A stretch of DNA of 64,000 bases, taken from IMG/VR virus record IMGVR_UViG_3300029288_003518, positions 32,001-96,000 of that record. One strand, given 5' to 3'. The stretch comes from a virus. Taxonomy: Duplodnaviria; Caudoviricetes. Under the pieces are notes generated by a model that made no database searches, had not been told where the DNA came from, and saw only the letters and a list, made by a program, of their open reading frames with translations. The translations under genes and the position numbers were made by a program. Positions 37,616 through 47,432 of this stretch are shown here, one piece after another. Positions within the stretch are counted from its first letter, which is position 1, and every line of letters starts with the position of its first letter.

Positions 37616-38599
37616 TTAGTTATTAGATATAAATACCCCAGAGTTCCTATAGTCTTCCCTGAAGTAAACATACCTATTTACTTTATCTAAAGTAAAGTAA
37701 TCATATCTAGGATTCAACTCAAACACCCTTCTTTTTTGTGTGTCGCACACTCGAAGTATTCTCTGTTGATCCATTAGAATCCCAGATGGTTCTAAACCAT
37801 CAAATTCTCCAGTTATATTAAAGGAAGCCACCATATCTAGAGTAGATGCAATTGGCTCCTGAGTTTTTGTACTAGTTAAATTTAAGTAGTAATTACTACC
37901 GGTTTTTCCTATCCACCATAGATACCCATCCTTAAAACACATATCCAGGGGAGTGCCATATCCAACGTTTAAAGCATACACCTCATAGTCCTCCAGCGTC
38001 TCGGTATCCTGCTTCCTAAAACCACCATCCGCATAGCACCATGAAAGATCATGCCTGTTCTTCCAGACATCAAATTTCTTCTGTCCTTTATCTAATATCC
38101 CACTTGGGGACGTATTCCAGGCCGCTCCATCTATTGTGGAAGAGAAGTCCCCAGAAGATGTTACCTCTAATCTAGTTGGGACTGTATTATAATAAAAATC
38201 TTCCAATGATGTTACATCTTGAACCCATATTTGGCTTACCCCGCTAGGTGAACAACCGGACGGAGCAGCTACACATCTGACACCAGAAGCTGATGCATCC
38301 AAAAGATTTAAATTGGTAGGGACTCTGGTCCTGTACAATATGTCTATTTCATCCACCGGAGCAGTATTGAGAAACTTACTTTTAACATTATATTCCAGGT
38401 CTCTCTCTATACCTTCCATGTGTATAGCAGTTGCTGCTATGAATTGCTGACCAACTGATCTTGGATTCTGCCTAAGGTGCATCCACTCGGGGAAATCATT
38501 AGCAAGATCCTGAGTAAGATAGCTGCGATATAATCCACTAGCAGCAATATTACCATATGGGTTAACGTATGTTCTGGCTACCTGTATCGGATAATTCAT
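37616..38599 (-). CDS. Baseplate-associated structural protein
   Basis: Directly after baseplate J; N-terminal LANDFPEWM is wedge-like; the C-terminus is beta-propeller-like. Confidence 0.55.
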   Translation of the reverse strand: MNYPIQVARTYVNPYGNIAASGLYRSYLTQDLANDFPEWMHLRQNPRSVGQQFIAATAIHMEGIERDLEYNVKSKFLNTAPVDEIDILYRTRVPTNLNLLDASASGVRCVAAPSGCSPSGVSQIWVQDVTSLEDFYYNTVPTRLEVTSSGDFSSTIDGAAWNTSPSGILDKGQKKFDVWKNRHDLSWCYADGGFRKQDTETLEDYEVYALNVGYGTPLDMCFKDGYLWWIGKTGSNYYLNLTSTKTQEPIASTLDMVASFNITGEFDGLEPSGILMDQQRILRVCDTQKRRVFELNPRYDYFTLDKVNRYVYFREDYRNSGVFISNN

Positions 38600-38608
38600 A
38601 TTTTTCTC

Positions 38609-39742
38609 CTATAGTACCCTAATCGCTTCAGCAATGCTTGTATCTGGGTAAAACATTTCATCCCAATATATTTCGACATTTCCCATGAAGGTGGGTTCTT
38701 GCCTAAAGTAATAACAATTGATAACGTGATCTGAGATCTTTGTACTTACATCCATTATCTGTTGCCTAAGTTCATTAAGGATAAAGGTCCCACCTATGGG
38801 TATATTTACAATATACTTTTCTATTGCTGTCTTAATTTTGCCGCGGATAGTATCCTTATCGGTATCGGATGTATTATCCACAAATATTATTCTGACTTCA
38901 ATTTCAACCGGTACAATCCCGGGCTTTATTGCCGTCCCAGTTATTCCTAAAGCCTGGACAGAGTTAATAGCCGACTGGACATCCGATAACATTTTATCAG
39001 TGGCCAAACCTTCTACCGGTATAACTATCATATCGTAGCTTCCTATTCCTCTAGCATACGGTCTTATTATAACATCTGCAATTCCGGTAACAGATAGGGC
39101 CGCAAGCCTAATAGCCGTTTCATTTGCTTTCTCTGCCGAAAGACTAGCGTTGATGATCCTATACCTAAAGTTAGCGTCTGCTTCTGTATCCGATCCTCCG
39201 ATGATAACTTTCTCATTAGTAGTAAATACATCGCTTATTCCCAGGCTATGTTTAGTTAATGTATTAACTCCCACATTAGAATTACTTCCAGAAGTAGATG
39301 CTTCTAATGGAACATATACCTGAGTATCGGCTATACCAAATGCGGTATCGGAAGATACCGTAAATACTATTGAACCATCGTCGGTACTTATCTGGGTGCC
39401 CTGTGGGATAATATCAGTTGGTATCCTACTATGGAGAGTCCCGGAAGCAACATATATTATCTGAGTTGTATCTCCAGATGAGGTTGTAGCCTTTGTAGGA
39501 GTTAATCTCTTCATACTGAATAAATCTCCTATCAAATCCAAGAAATATCCCTCTGCAGTTGATACGAATCCCATAGCAGTATTTATATCTAGTATATCAT
39601 AATACTCGGATAGGTTTAAATTAATAACCTCTATTAACGAACGAGCAATACCCCCAACGGTTTGATTGGTGATATTTGACCTCGTAACCAAATGTTGTAA
39701 TGACTTTTTAACTAACGATCCATAGTCTTTTCTAAATATCAT
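38609..39742 (-). CDS. Baseplate J-like wedge protein
   Basis: TAEGYFLDLIG...R, IPQGTQIST, GGSDTEADANFRYRI and ALSVTGIADV. Confidence 0.92.
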   Translation of the reverse strand: MIFRKDYGSLVKKSLQHLVTRSNITNQTVGGIARSLIEVINLNLSEYYDILDINTAMGFVSTAEGYFLDLIGDLFSMKRLTPTKATTSSGDTTQIIYVASGTLHSRIPTDIIPQGTQISTDDGSIVFTVSSDTAFGIADTQVYVPLEASTSGSNSNVGVNTLTKHSLGISDVFTTNEKVIIGGSDTEADANFRYRIINASLSAEKANETAIRLAALSVTGIADVIIRPYARGIGSYDMIVIPVEGLATDKMLSDVQSAINSVQALGITGTAIKPGIVPVEIEVRIIFVDNTSDTDKDTIRGKIKTAIEKYIVNIPIGGTFILNELRQQIMDVSTKISDHVINCYYFRQEPTFMGNVEIYWDEMFYPDTSIAEAIRVL

Positions 39743-39755
39743 TTTAGTCTCCTTA

Positions 39756-40166
39756 CTAGTATGATAGTATCCCGCTGTTTAAATCAAACGTCATATCTGG
39801 GGTAACATTTAAAACTGCCATTCCATCCCTCACAAAAACATAATAAACAAGACTATAGAGTGATATGGGCACAGCCTTAACCATTAAGTCTATACCGGCT
39901 ACTCTGCCATCTTTTGTGAGAGAGTAAACTATTTTCTCTTCACCCCTTTGGGCAGTTATCCTTGTATTTTGTTCACCAATTATCGAAGAAAGATCCGCTC
40001 CAATGTCTGGATGAGGTCCAAAATCATTAAAATCAGTTCTTAACCTAAATGAAATATCCTGTTTCAATACTCCGGATGGATCTGCCAGATCGAAATCTCC
40101 GTTGGCTGCAACAGTCAAATCTCCGCTTGGTGAAACTTTTATGTCAATTTCAGAATAAGTTATCAT
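39756..40166 (-). CDS. gp25/GPW-like baseplate wedge (sheath initiator)
   Basis: GDL....GDF...LKQDISFRLRT...HPDIGADL..IIG; canonical position before baseplate J. Confidence 0.8.
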   Translation of the reverse strand: MITYSEIDIKVSPSGDLTVAANGDFDLADPSGVLKQDISFRLRTDFNDFGPHPDIGADLSSIIGEQNTRITAQRGEEKIVYSLTKDGRVAGIDLMVKAVPISLYSLVYYVFVRDGMAVLNVTPDMTFDLNSGILSY

Positions 40167-40175
40167 TATATTCTC

Positions 40176-40712
40176 CTATGCCCCGAGAAAAGTTTTAAAA
40201 TTCTTTATCGTATCTTTCAGCCCTGATAGCATTGGTGACATTCTATACAGATAAGCAGGCTCAATAGCATGTACATGTTTAGCACTTATGGTATGCAAAT
40301 GGGGCAGTGGACCAGCAGCTATATCTGTATACAACATCCCTACTCCAGTCTTAAGCATCGTAGAGGCCATATCACTTCCTATTTGCTTCGCTAGCTGAGT
40401 ATAGGCGGCCTCTAAAGCAATAGCTGGTACTAGCAGGGTTTCTTGATATGTAAATGGCTTAGCACTCTTGTCGTTCTCGCTATATATTCCTTTGGTTATA
40501 GTTTTACCGCTGGAAGAGAACGCCAACTGCCCCTGGATAGATACACCACCATCATCCACACTAATTCCAAAACTCGGGTTATTGGACATTATAGTAACCC
40601 CATTATTCCTTATAACTACAGATGGTGATCTCTTAGTGGAATCTATGGAAAGGGCTATGCTGCCTATTCCGATTTCCTCTGTTTGATCTTTCGTAATTGT
40701 CTGTTCAGACAT
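40176..40712 (-). CDS. Putative baseplate central spike protein
   Basis: Short beta repeats followed by HLH/HVH (HxH apex-metal motifs); located between hub and gp25. Confidence 0.55.
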   Translation of the reverse strand: MSEQTITKDQTEEIGIGSIALSIDSTKRSPSVVIRNNGVTIMSNNPSFGISVDDGGVSIQGQLAFSSSGKTITKGIYSENDKSAKPFTYQETLLVPAIALEAAYTQLAKQIGSDMASTMLKTGVGMLYTDIAAGPLPHLHTISAKHVHAIEPAYLYRMSPMLSGLKDTIKNFKTFLGA

Positions 40713-40722
40713 TTATATCTCC

Positions 40723-41154
40723 TTATGCAAATTTTCTGGCCCTAACTAATACTTCTTTTTTAACAATCATTTTTTTAAGTTCATCCTTGAGCAACATATC
40801 CGGCTCAGTAGCGTAACTATCTCCCGGGTTTCTGTATAGAAATGTTTTGGGTATTATGAGCGCCGGTCGTCCCTCTATAAGCGAAGGATTGTCTGTCAGT
40901 ACATAAGCATAATACAGATCCTTCATCAGCGTAGGGAAACCATATACTCCAATAGATCCGCAGCATATTACATTATAAAGTTTCTGTGTCTCCGATGTAG
41001 CAGTATCTATAGTCATATATCCTATTGGGGATACCTTTAGTACGGCAGAGAATCCAGCATACTGGTTACATTCTATTATATCACATATTACCCCAGGAAT
41101 GTGAGTCCTATAATCAGAGAATGCATTGTCCTTTATATTATTCTGTATTTTCAT
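40723..41154 (-). CDS. Hypothetical baseplate-region protein
   Basis: Synteny only. Confidence 0.45.
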   Translation of the reverse strand: MKIQNNIKDNAFSDYRTHIPGVICDIIECNQYAGFSAVLKVSPIGYMTIDTATSETQKLYNVICCGSIGVYGFPTLMKDLYYAYVLTDNPSLIEGRPALIIPKTFLYRNPGDSYATEPDMLLKDELKKMIVKKEVLVRARKFA

Positions 41155-41156
41155 AA

Positions 41157-44100
41157 TTAAATCCCCGTAGATCCTTCAACCTTTTGTTGCCATAAGTTGG
41201 AGGATAAGCTTTGACTAACAGCTTGATCATACATTTGGCTTAGATATCTTGGGGCAAGATTTAAGTGATAGTATACAAATCTCTGCCATCCCTCGGCGTA
41301 TGGTTCCCACCAATCACTTTTCCGAAGCCCTTTTACCCCTGCCAGATACGCCCTGCCAGCATAATAAAGAGGAAGAAAATTTATAGGTTCTCGTCTATCG
41401 GCAGTCCATCCAAATATTCCGAACTGAAGAGCCTGAACAGAGTTTCTTATTTTCTTACCAAACATCTTTTCTGCTACGAGCGCTATTCCAGCTGCAGCAC
41501 CAACTGGAGTCATAACTGCTTTTGCAGCTAGTCCGGTGAGCCCCCTAACTGCAGCAGCTCCACCGTATGCCATTAAAGCAGCTCTTATAAAGGGAGGCCT
41601 GCTTATAATCGTTCCAACCACCTCTCCCGCTTTTCCACCTTTTGCCAACAAGCTAGTAGCTCCGCCTGCCTTCTGAAGCGCTCCTAGAGCATATGATCCA
41701 CCAATAACTACCCCGGCAGCAAGTAATTGTTTAGGAGTTACTCTCCCAACAAAAGGAACCTTAACATTATATATCCATAGCATACTGTTGGCAACATCAT
41801 CATACCATCCCCCGGCTAGCGCCTCCGAGGCCATTGCCATTGAGTTGTTTGCGTAACATATACAGTCAGGGACGACGGTAGTGACAAACCCTGTATCATG
41901 GCTGAAATGGTGCGTTACTTCCCTGACTTCAAAAGCTCCATGCATATCAGTATAATAGTCATTTAAGAAAATAACATCATTTGGCTTAATAGTCGGATCA
42001 CCGAGAACAGTTAAATGCCCACCATACATCTCATTTACTCCATACCTTAAATTTCCAATAGCATACATCCACGCTGTTAATGGTGTAGTGGCATTCGGCT
42101 CGCTGACTACTTTAGTTATGAGATTTTCTTTCCATATACTATCATCTACTTGCGCCCTGACAACTCTTAATGGATTGGGACTTGATGGTCTTATTACTGT
42201 CCCCACGAATCCAGTTTTAGCATTCGTGATGACCTCAACCCTATTCCACATTGTCTCTTCGGATGCAGTAATGTTATTAGATATAATATTTCTAAGACTA
42301 TCAACATAGTGATATGATCTTATTAGTTTGAAATGTGCAGGAAACTTGAGATTATCACTCCATTTTTGTGAGACATATGTTTCTTTATCAACATACCTAC
42401 CGTCTGAACTTTGATATAATGTCAAGTTGGCTAACTTATCCTCATCGGTAGAATTGAATATACTGACATTCCCCTCTGACAGGGATATTGGATCTTTCTT
42501 AATATTATCACTGTAGAATATTCCCTCTGTTTCACCCATCTTCCTAAAATCTTCTATGGTCTTTCTGTCTTCTTCCTGTCCGGTCTTTCCCAGATATTCC
42601 TCAGTTATAGATAGAATCCAAGAGGCCTGTCGATCTCCCAGGGTACCAGAAATTAAACCATCTTTTAATCCGCTAGATGTATCTCCCTTCGCCCTATTAA
42701 TTATATTGTTTACATTATTCAGTAATGATTTCTTCTGGTCCAATGTAAGCTCAGTTATGTCACCAGCATTTTTAGCACTATCTATGAGCAATTCTGGATC
42801 CTCCACGTACGCCTTGGATTCTGCCAGTAATCCTCTTACTTCATTACTGTAATTATAGTATCCATCAGATGGTCCAAAATATATGGTTGCCCTCTCGTCA
42901 AATGGTAATACTTGGGCAACATATCCGGGCATTCTTCTGGTAAATTCCTGGAATATATCCCATACAGTCCTATTCTCACAAGTAAATTCCCAACCATCCC
43001 CCTTGGTTTCTTCCGCCCATTTGGAAACTTCTGGAGTAAAGATATTATCATTTCTTGGGTCATTTCCGTGGGTGAGGAAATATGAAACGCCAAGCCACGT
43101 TCTCCAGCTGCTAGGGTGTCTTAGCTTATACATATCCGGAGAATATGGACCGGTTGCCGGCTTCATCCTGCGTCCCAGTATCTTCTGATTTACATCAATT
43201 ATTGGTTGCCACTCTGCGAAACCAAAGTGGGAAACTTCAGGTCTCTTAATGATCTTATCTAGTATTTTATATGCGGAATAATCCTGAAATTTAATTCTAT
43301 TACCCCAGCCAGTTATTGGTTTCATTAGTTCTACACCGTAGCCCTGGGCAACAATAGTTATTATATCCCCCGTGTTAACTTCAGATACCATTCCAGTGAA
43401 TACTGTTTCAAGGAACGCGGGATCAGAAGAGTATCCCATCTTAATCTTTATTCTTGCCCCAACCTTAAGAACAAACTCCTCAATAACATCCTGCTCTTCT
43501 ATGGTTTCTTTAGTTTTCCAATCGGCACTCTCCTCATAATTACGAGTTAAGAAGTTAACATCTTTTCCATATAAACCAAATCTTTCCCTGTCTAACACAC
43601 CCTTTGTGTTGAGTATCTGTACCACTGCAACATCAGCGGCATCTTTCCGAGACTTAGTAATATCCATACTGAGAATAGCGCTATAAGAATATAGGTCATT
43701 AAGGTTCTTAAATTCCCCCATTAAGAACCACGGCTTGTATTCCATCTTATCTTCTTCTACAAAATAAAATTTAAATGTCGGAAAAGCCCTAACCATTCTA
43801 AGTTTATCATCCTTGCTCTGACCCTTGACCCTTTCCATTATACCATTTATATGTTGCTGGCTATACCTATCAAATCTTTGAATTGTAGAATTCTTGTTAT
43901 AATTTTGATTACCAAAAGCCCTGACAGCAGCAGGATATATATATCTTCCGGATATTAGCGACTCAGGATCATTGCCCTTCATTGTTTCCGTCTGCACCCC
44001 AACGCTAGTTACCTCTTGATCGTCTGTTTTATTAAGATTCTTAGCATCAGACAGAACTCCCGTGGTAGATGAAGCGGTATTATTTGTTACTGGTGTTCCC

Positions 44101-47100
44101 TTATTTCTTGACGCTCTAATATGCGTCTCTGCTAATATCTGCTTCTTTTCTTTCTCCTGGGCCTGGGAATTAATACTATTCACGCTATTATCACTAGCTG
44201 TCTGAGGATCTTTATTCATGGACATACCCTCGGAAGCCATGGTTGCCGCTATCGATTCTTGCCTCTTTGTATCTTCATTATAATAAGTACCAATCGCTCC
44301 CAGGACCACCTTACCATCCTTGGTAGTAAAATGTGTATTATTAATTAATGAGGCATATACCTTCTTACCAACCAGTACTTTATTGGCTATATCAGTATTT
44401 TGTTTGTCCTGCGACTGAAATATAGTTGGCTGGTTAATCTGATTCCCCCCAGAATACTTCTTGGGATTATAATCCATAAATCTTAAGTAGTAACTTTTCT
44501 CACTACTAACATTGCCCATCCCCGCGCTATTAAGGGCATTCCCGAGCATTGTGCTGGCTTTAACCTCAAAAGTATTTCCGTCCAGAGCTTTTACAACTAC
44601 GAGTTCTTCGTTGGATAAAGCAGCTGTCGCGCTAGACACTACATCGTTAATTGTCTCTATGTCAACATTGGTTGCATCCTCATTAAGTGATGTGGATCTC
44701 TCCAATTGGTTTACAAAAATACTCGGGTCCAACGGAGAAGCTTCCGAAGCCAAGTTATTAAGAGCCATATTTTGAAAAGCCTTGAATCCAACTTCCATTC
44801 CTGGATTACCAAGATTTTCCATCAATGTATATATTGAATTCTTAGAATAGAAAGCATCGGGTTCTATTGCTACCCAGTCGGTTTGAGCAGGGTTATTTCT
44901 CATAGCAGTATTAGAAGTCAAAAGTCCAACATCCGCATATGTCAATTTAAACTTCTCCCCTTTCCCCCCTAAGTCATTATATGTGGGCAACTCAAGATCA
45001 GGATAACAGGTAGGATCAACAACATTCTTGGGAAGTCCAGGTATTTTGCTTGCCTGAGAGAAAACAGCATTCTTTAGGTCAACAAGCCCAGTATCCTCGA
45101 GGAGTAGCACCTTAATATTTTGCATTTCCTCTTCTGCTAATGCATGCTGGAGATACTGTTTCTCGGTATCCCAATCCATGGTCTGGCCATCAGAGAATTG
45201 AGCATTATCTCCGGACATACAATTGTAAACTCCTCGGATATATTGTTCAGTATTATCTGCAGAAACCACTGCCCTTTCCATCGGCAACTCTACTCCGGGT
45301 ATCGAAACACGAGAAGGACTAGACTCCGTAACAAATTGCCCCTCTATTCTTTTTATTGCGGAACTTCTCTCTGGAGAATTATAATAATCAGAGAATACTC
45401 CAGAATCTCTCCTTTGAGTATTGGTTCTTATTACCCTGGCCATTGTGGTATTATCTACGTTATTGGAGTTATCGTTACCATATAACATATCATAGTACAC
45501 TCTGTAACCAATAGTATTTGCTTTCCCGGGACTAGTATCCATCATATATTCCCTTGCCTTATCTAGTATATACCCAGCAGCATCTATAACCCTATCATTT
45601 GAATCTAGAGTGAGTCTATTCAATTGCTCACTTTTCTCAAGGCCTAATTTTATCTCAGATGCTTCCATATTAATACTATATAATCCTGGGCTTCCGGGAA
45701 CTGTATCTATAGAGAAGGATTCTAATATAAAATAGTTAAGCCCGCAAAGACCCACAAGCGGATTTACTAACAGAAACATATTATATCTTCCGAGTTTATT
45801 ATTAGTCCTAGCAATCCTCGAAACAACAGACATCATAGTCCTTAATTCTTTAATCTTGGAAAGGTTCTTGGAACTAATATTTACTACGACTGATGTGTTA
45901 TACGCGCCCAGATACTGACATGTGGGTTTATCACCCGATAAGATCGGTAAGAACTGTACAATATTTCTCATGGTTACGGAAATACCAGTAACAAATGTCT
46001 CATCCTCTATTACCACAGTATCCGAAATAACTTCGGGAATAGAGTTATAGATTAAATCCTCATAAGATATATTCTTAGTATACCTTATCACCATATAGTT
46101 GGAAGCACTGTATGTCCCAAGAGTCCCCTTTTTATTGTCCTCCCGAAGGAATCTATTGGCATACCAGTCGACAAACAAATCACATTGAGTGATATCTGGG
46201 GTATACTTACCGGGATCATATCCCTGCACAAAACCAAAATCAAATGTATACGGATCGTAGTTGAAAACATGCATAGATATACGACAAGATAGGGTCTCAG
46301 GATACCCTGGCATAGTAGATATAGTCATCTGGGACAATACACCGGCTATCCTTTTATTTCTGAAACGCTGCTCTAGGTTCTTATCAAATAAAGTATTAAT
46401 TGACCTCTCGTATGAATCTATACTCTTACTGAGGGCATCAATATCGTTAATTGACCTATTTAAGGAGGCAAAGTTATTATCTAAATTGTTGGGTAGCGTA
46501 ACAACCCTATAGATGTATTTCTTTAGATCCAGCTCATATCCGGATCCATAGTCTGCCGTGACAAGAGACGCTGCCGCATCTGGATCCGCTAGAATAGATG
46601 AAACATTTTTCTGAAGATACCATTGGTTTACCAAAGAAGATATTCTGCTAGACTGCAATGGAGTTATTATCTTTCTGGACTCCAAAGATTTTACTTCTTT
46701 GATAACTTTATCTACATTTCCCGCCTTAGCTGATTCAGCTACCTGTATATTATCAATCTCATCCTTTTTCTTATTCAAGGATGTCCTGTCTGATTTTGCT
46801 TGATCAAGTTCCCCGTTAACTCCACGAGATTCGGGATCAATCACTGTTCTCACATAATCGTTCTCTATTGGGAGAAATGGGGTACATTTAAACTGAGCTA
46901 TTAATGGACGAAGTTTATTGTTAATATCATCCAGGCCATTAAAATATATATCCAGGTCAATTCTAGTAGTTGATCTTCCGGATGCCGTGATGGTTTCTGC
47001 CGCACTTCTTAAGCTCTTATATCTAAAGTTATGCTTCTCCTCGGTAACCGATATTTGCGTAGGGGGAATTGATAGGTATACAGTTCCTACAGCGAAGAAA

Positions 47101-47432
47101 TCTTCCCTATGAAATTCAGCAGAATCACTCTGTGTTTTTATTCTCTGCTTTTCTTTAGTTATAGATTCATTGCGAATATCAGTAGTGGGAGCAGTATAAT
47201 CCCTGGTCCTATCAGATTGGAATGAACTAAGATTTTTAAGCTCTTCTCTCCAATCTAAACTACCATTAGTAGCAAGGTTATATTTGTAATATGAAGAAGA
47301 ATCCAATAGATTAGAGCTCAGCCATTGCGATCCATCACCATATGTAACTGTAGGTTTAGTGGACTGATCATTATCGTATGTAATTGATTCTACCTTAGAG
47401 ACGTGAATTACTCCTAAGTCAACATCCGCCAT
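41157..47432 (-). CDS. Very large baseplate hub / tail-associated protein (2091 aa)
   Basis: Hub-like segments LKVGARIKIKMGY...VFTGMVSEV...IVAQGYG and LTVLGDPTIKPND...D.YTDMHG.FEVREVTHHFS...GFVT. An internal degenerate SNase-like region and a Gly/Ala hydrophobic C-terminus are also present. Confidence 0.75.
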   Translation of the reverse strand: MADVDLGVIHVSKVESITYDNDQSTKPTVTYGDGSQWLSSNLLDSSSYYKYNLATNGSLDWREELKNLSSFQSDRTRDYTAPTTDIRNESITKEKQRIKTQSDSAEFHREDFFAVGTVYLSIPPTQISVTEEKHNFRYKSLRSAAETITASGRSTTRIDLDIYFNGLDDINNKLRPLIAQFKCTPFLPIENDYVRTVIDPESRGVNGELDQAKSDRTSLNKKKDEIDNIQVAESAKAGNVDKVIKEVKSLESRKIITPLQSSRISSLVNQWYLQKNVSSILADPDAAASLVTADYGSGYELDLKKYIYRVVTLPNNLDNNFASLNRSINDIDALSKSIDSYERSINTLFDKNLEQRFRNKRIAGVLSQMTISTMPGYPETLSCRISMHVFNYDPYTFDFGFVQGYDPGKYTPDITQCDLFVDWYANRFLREDNKKGTLGTYSASNYMVIRYTKNISYEDLIYNSIPEVISDTVVIEDETFVTGISVTMRNIVQFLPILSGDKPTCQYLGAYNTSVVVNISSKNLSKIKELRTMMSVVSRIARTNNKLGRYNMFLLVNPLVGLCGLNYFILESFSIDTVPGSPGLYSINMEASEIKLGLEKSEQLNRLTLDSNDRVIDAAGYILDKAREYMMDTSPGKANTIGYRVYYDMLYGNDNSNNVDNTTMARVIRTNTQRRDSGVFSDYYNSPERSSAIKRIEGQFVTESSPSRVSIPGVELPMERAVVSADNTEQYIRGVYNCMSGDNAQFSDGQTMDWDTEKQYLQHALAEEEMQNIKVLLLEDTGLVDLKNAVFSQASKIPGLPKNVVDPTCYPDLELPTYNDLGGKGEKFKLTYADVGLLTSNTAMRNNPAQTDWVAIEPDAFYSKNSIYTLMENLGNPGMEVGFKAFQNMALNNLASEASPLDPSIFVNQLERSTSLNEDATNVDIETINDVVSSATAALSNEELVVVKALDGNTFEVKASTMLGNALNSAGMGNVSSEKSYYLRFMDYNPKKYSGGNQINQPTIFQSQDKQNTDIANKVLVGKKVYASLINNTHFTTKDGKVVLGAIGTYYNEDTKRQESIAATMASEGMSMNKDPQTASDNSVNSINSQAQEKEKKQILAETHIRASRNKGTPVTNNTASSTTGVLSDAKNLNKTDDQEVTSVGVQTETMKGNDPESLISGRYIYPAAVRAFGNQNYNKNSTIQRFDRYSQQHINGIMERVKGQSKDDKLRMVRAFPTFKFYFVEEDKMEYKPWFLMGEFKNLNDLYSYSAILSMDITKSRKDAADVAVVQILNTKGVLDRERFGLYGKDVNFLTRNYEESADWKTKETIEEQDVIEEFVLKVGARIKIKMGYSSDPAFLETVFTGMVSEVNTGDIITIVAQGYGVELMKPITGWGNRIKFQDYSAYKILDKIIKRPEVSHFGFAEWQPIIDVNQKILGRRMKPATGPYSPDMYKLRHPSSWRTWLGVSYFLTHGNDPRNDNIFTPEVSKWAEETKGDGWEFTCENRTVWDIFQEFTRRMPGYVAQVLPFDERATIYFGPSDGYYNYSNEVRGLLAESKAYVEDPELLIDSAKNAGDITELTLDQKKSLLNNVNNIINRAKGDTSSGLKDGLISGTLGDRQASWILSITEEYLGKTGQEEDRKTIEDFRKMGETEGIFYSDNIKKDPISLSEGNVSIFNSTDEDKLANLTLYQSSDGRYVDKETYVSQKWSDNLKFPAHFKLIRSYHYVDSLRNIISNNITASEETMWNRVEVITNAKTGFVGTVIRPSSPNPLRVVRAQVDDSIWKENLITKVVSEPNATTPLTAWMYAIGNLRYGVNEMYGGHLTVLGDPTIKPNDVIFLNDYYTDMHGAFEVREVTHHFSHDTGFVTTVVPDCICYANNSMAMASEALAGGWYDDVANSMLWIYNVKVPFVGRVTPKQLLAAGVVIGGSYALGALQKAGGATSLLAKGGKAGEVVGTIISRPPFIRAALMAYGGAAAVRGLTGLAAKAVMTPVGAAAGIALVAEKMFGKKIRNSVQALQFGIFGWTADRREPINFLPLYYAGRAYLAGVKGLRKSDWWEPYAEGWQRFVYYHLNLAPRYLSQMYDQAVSQSLSSNLWQQKVEGSTGI

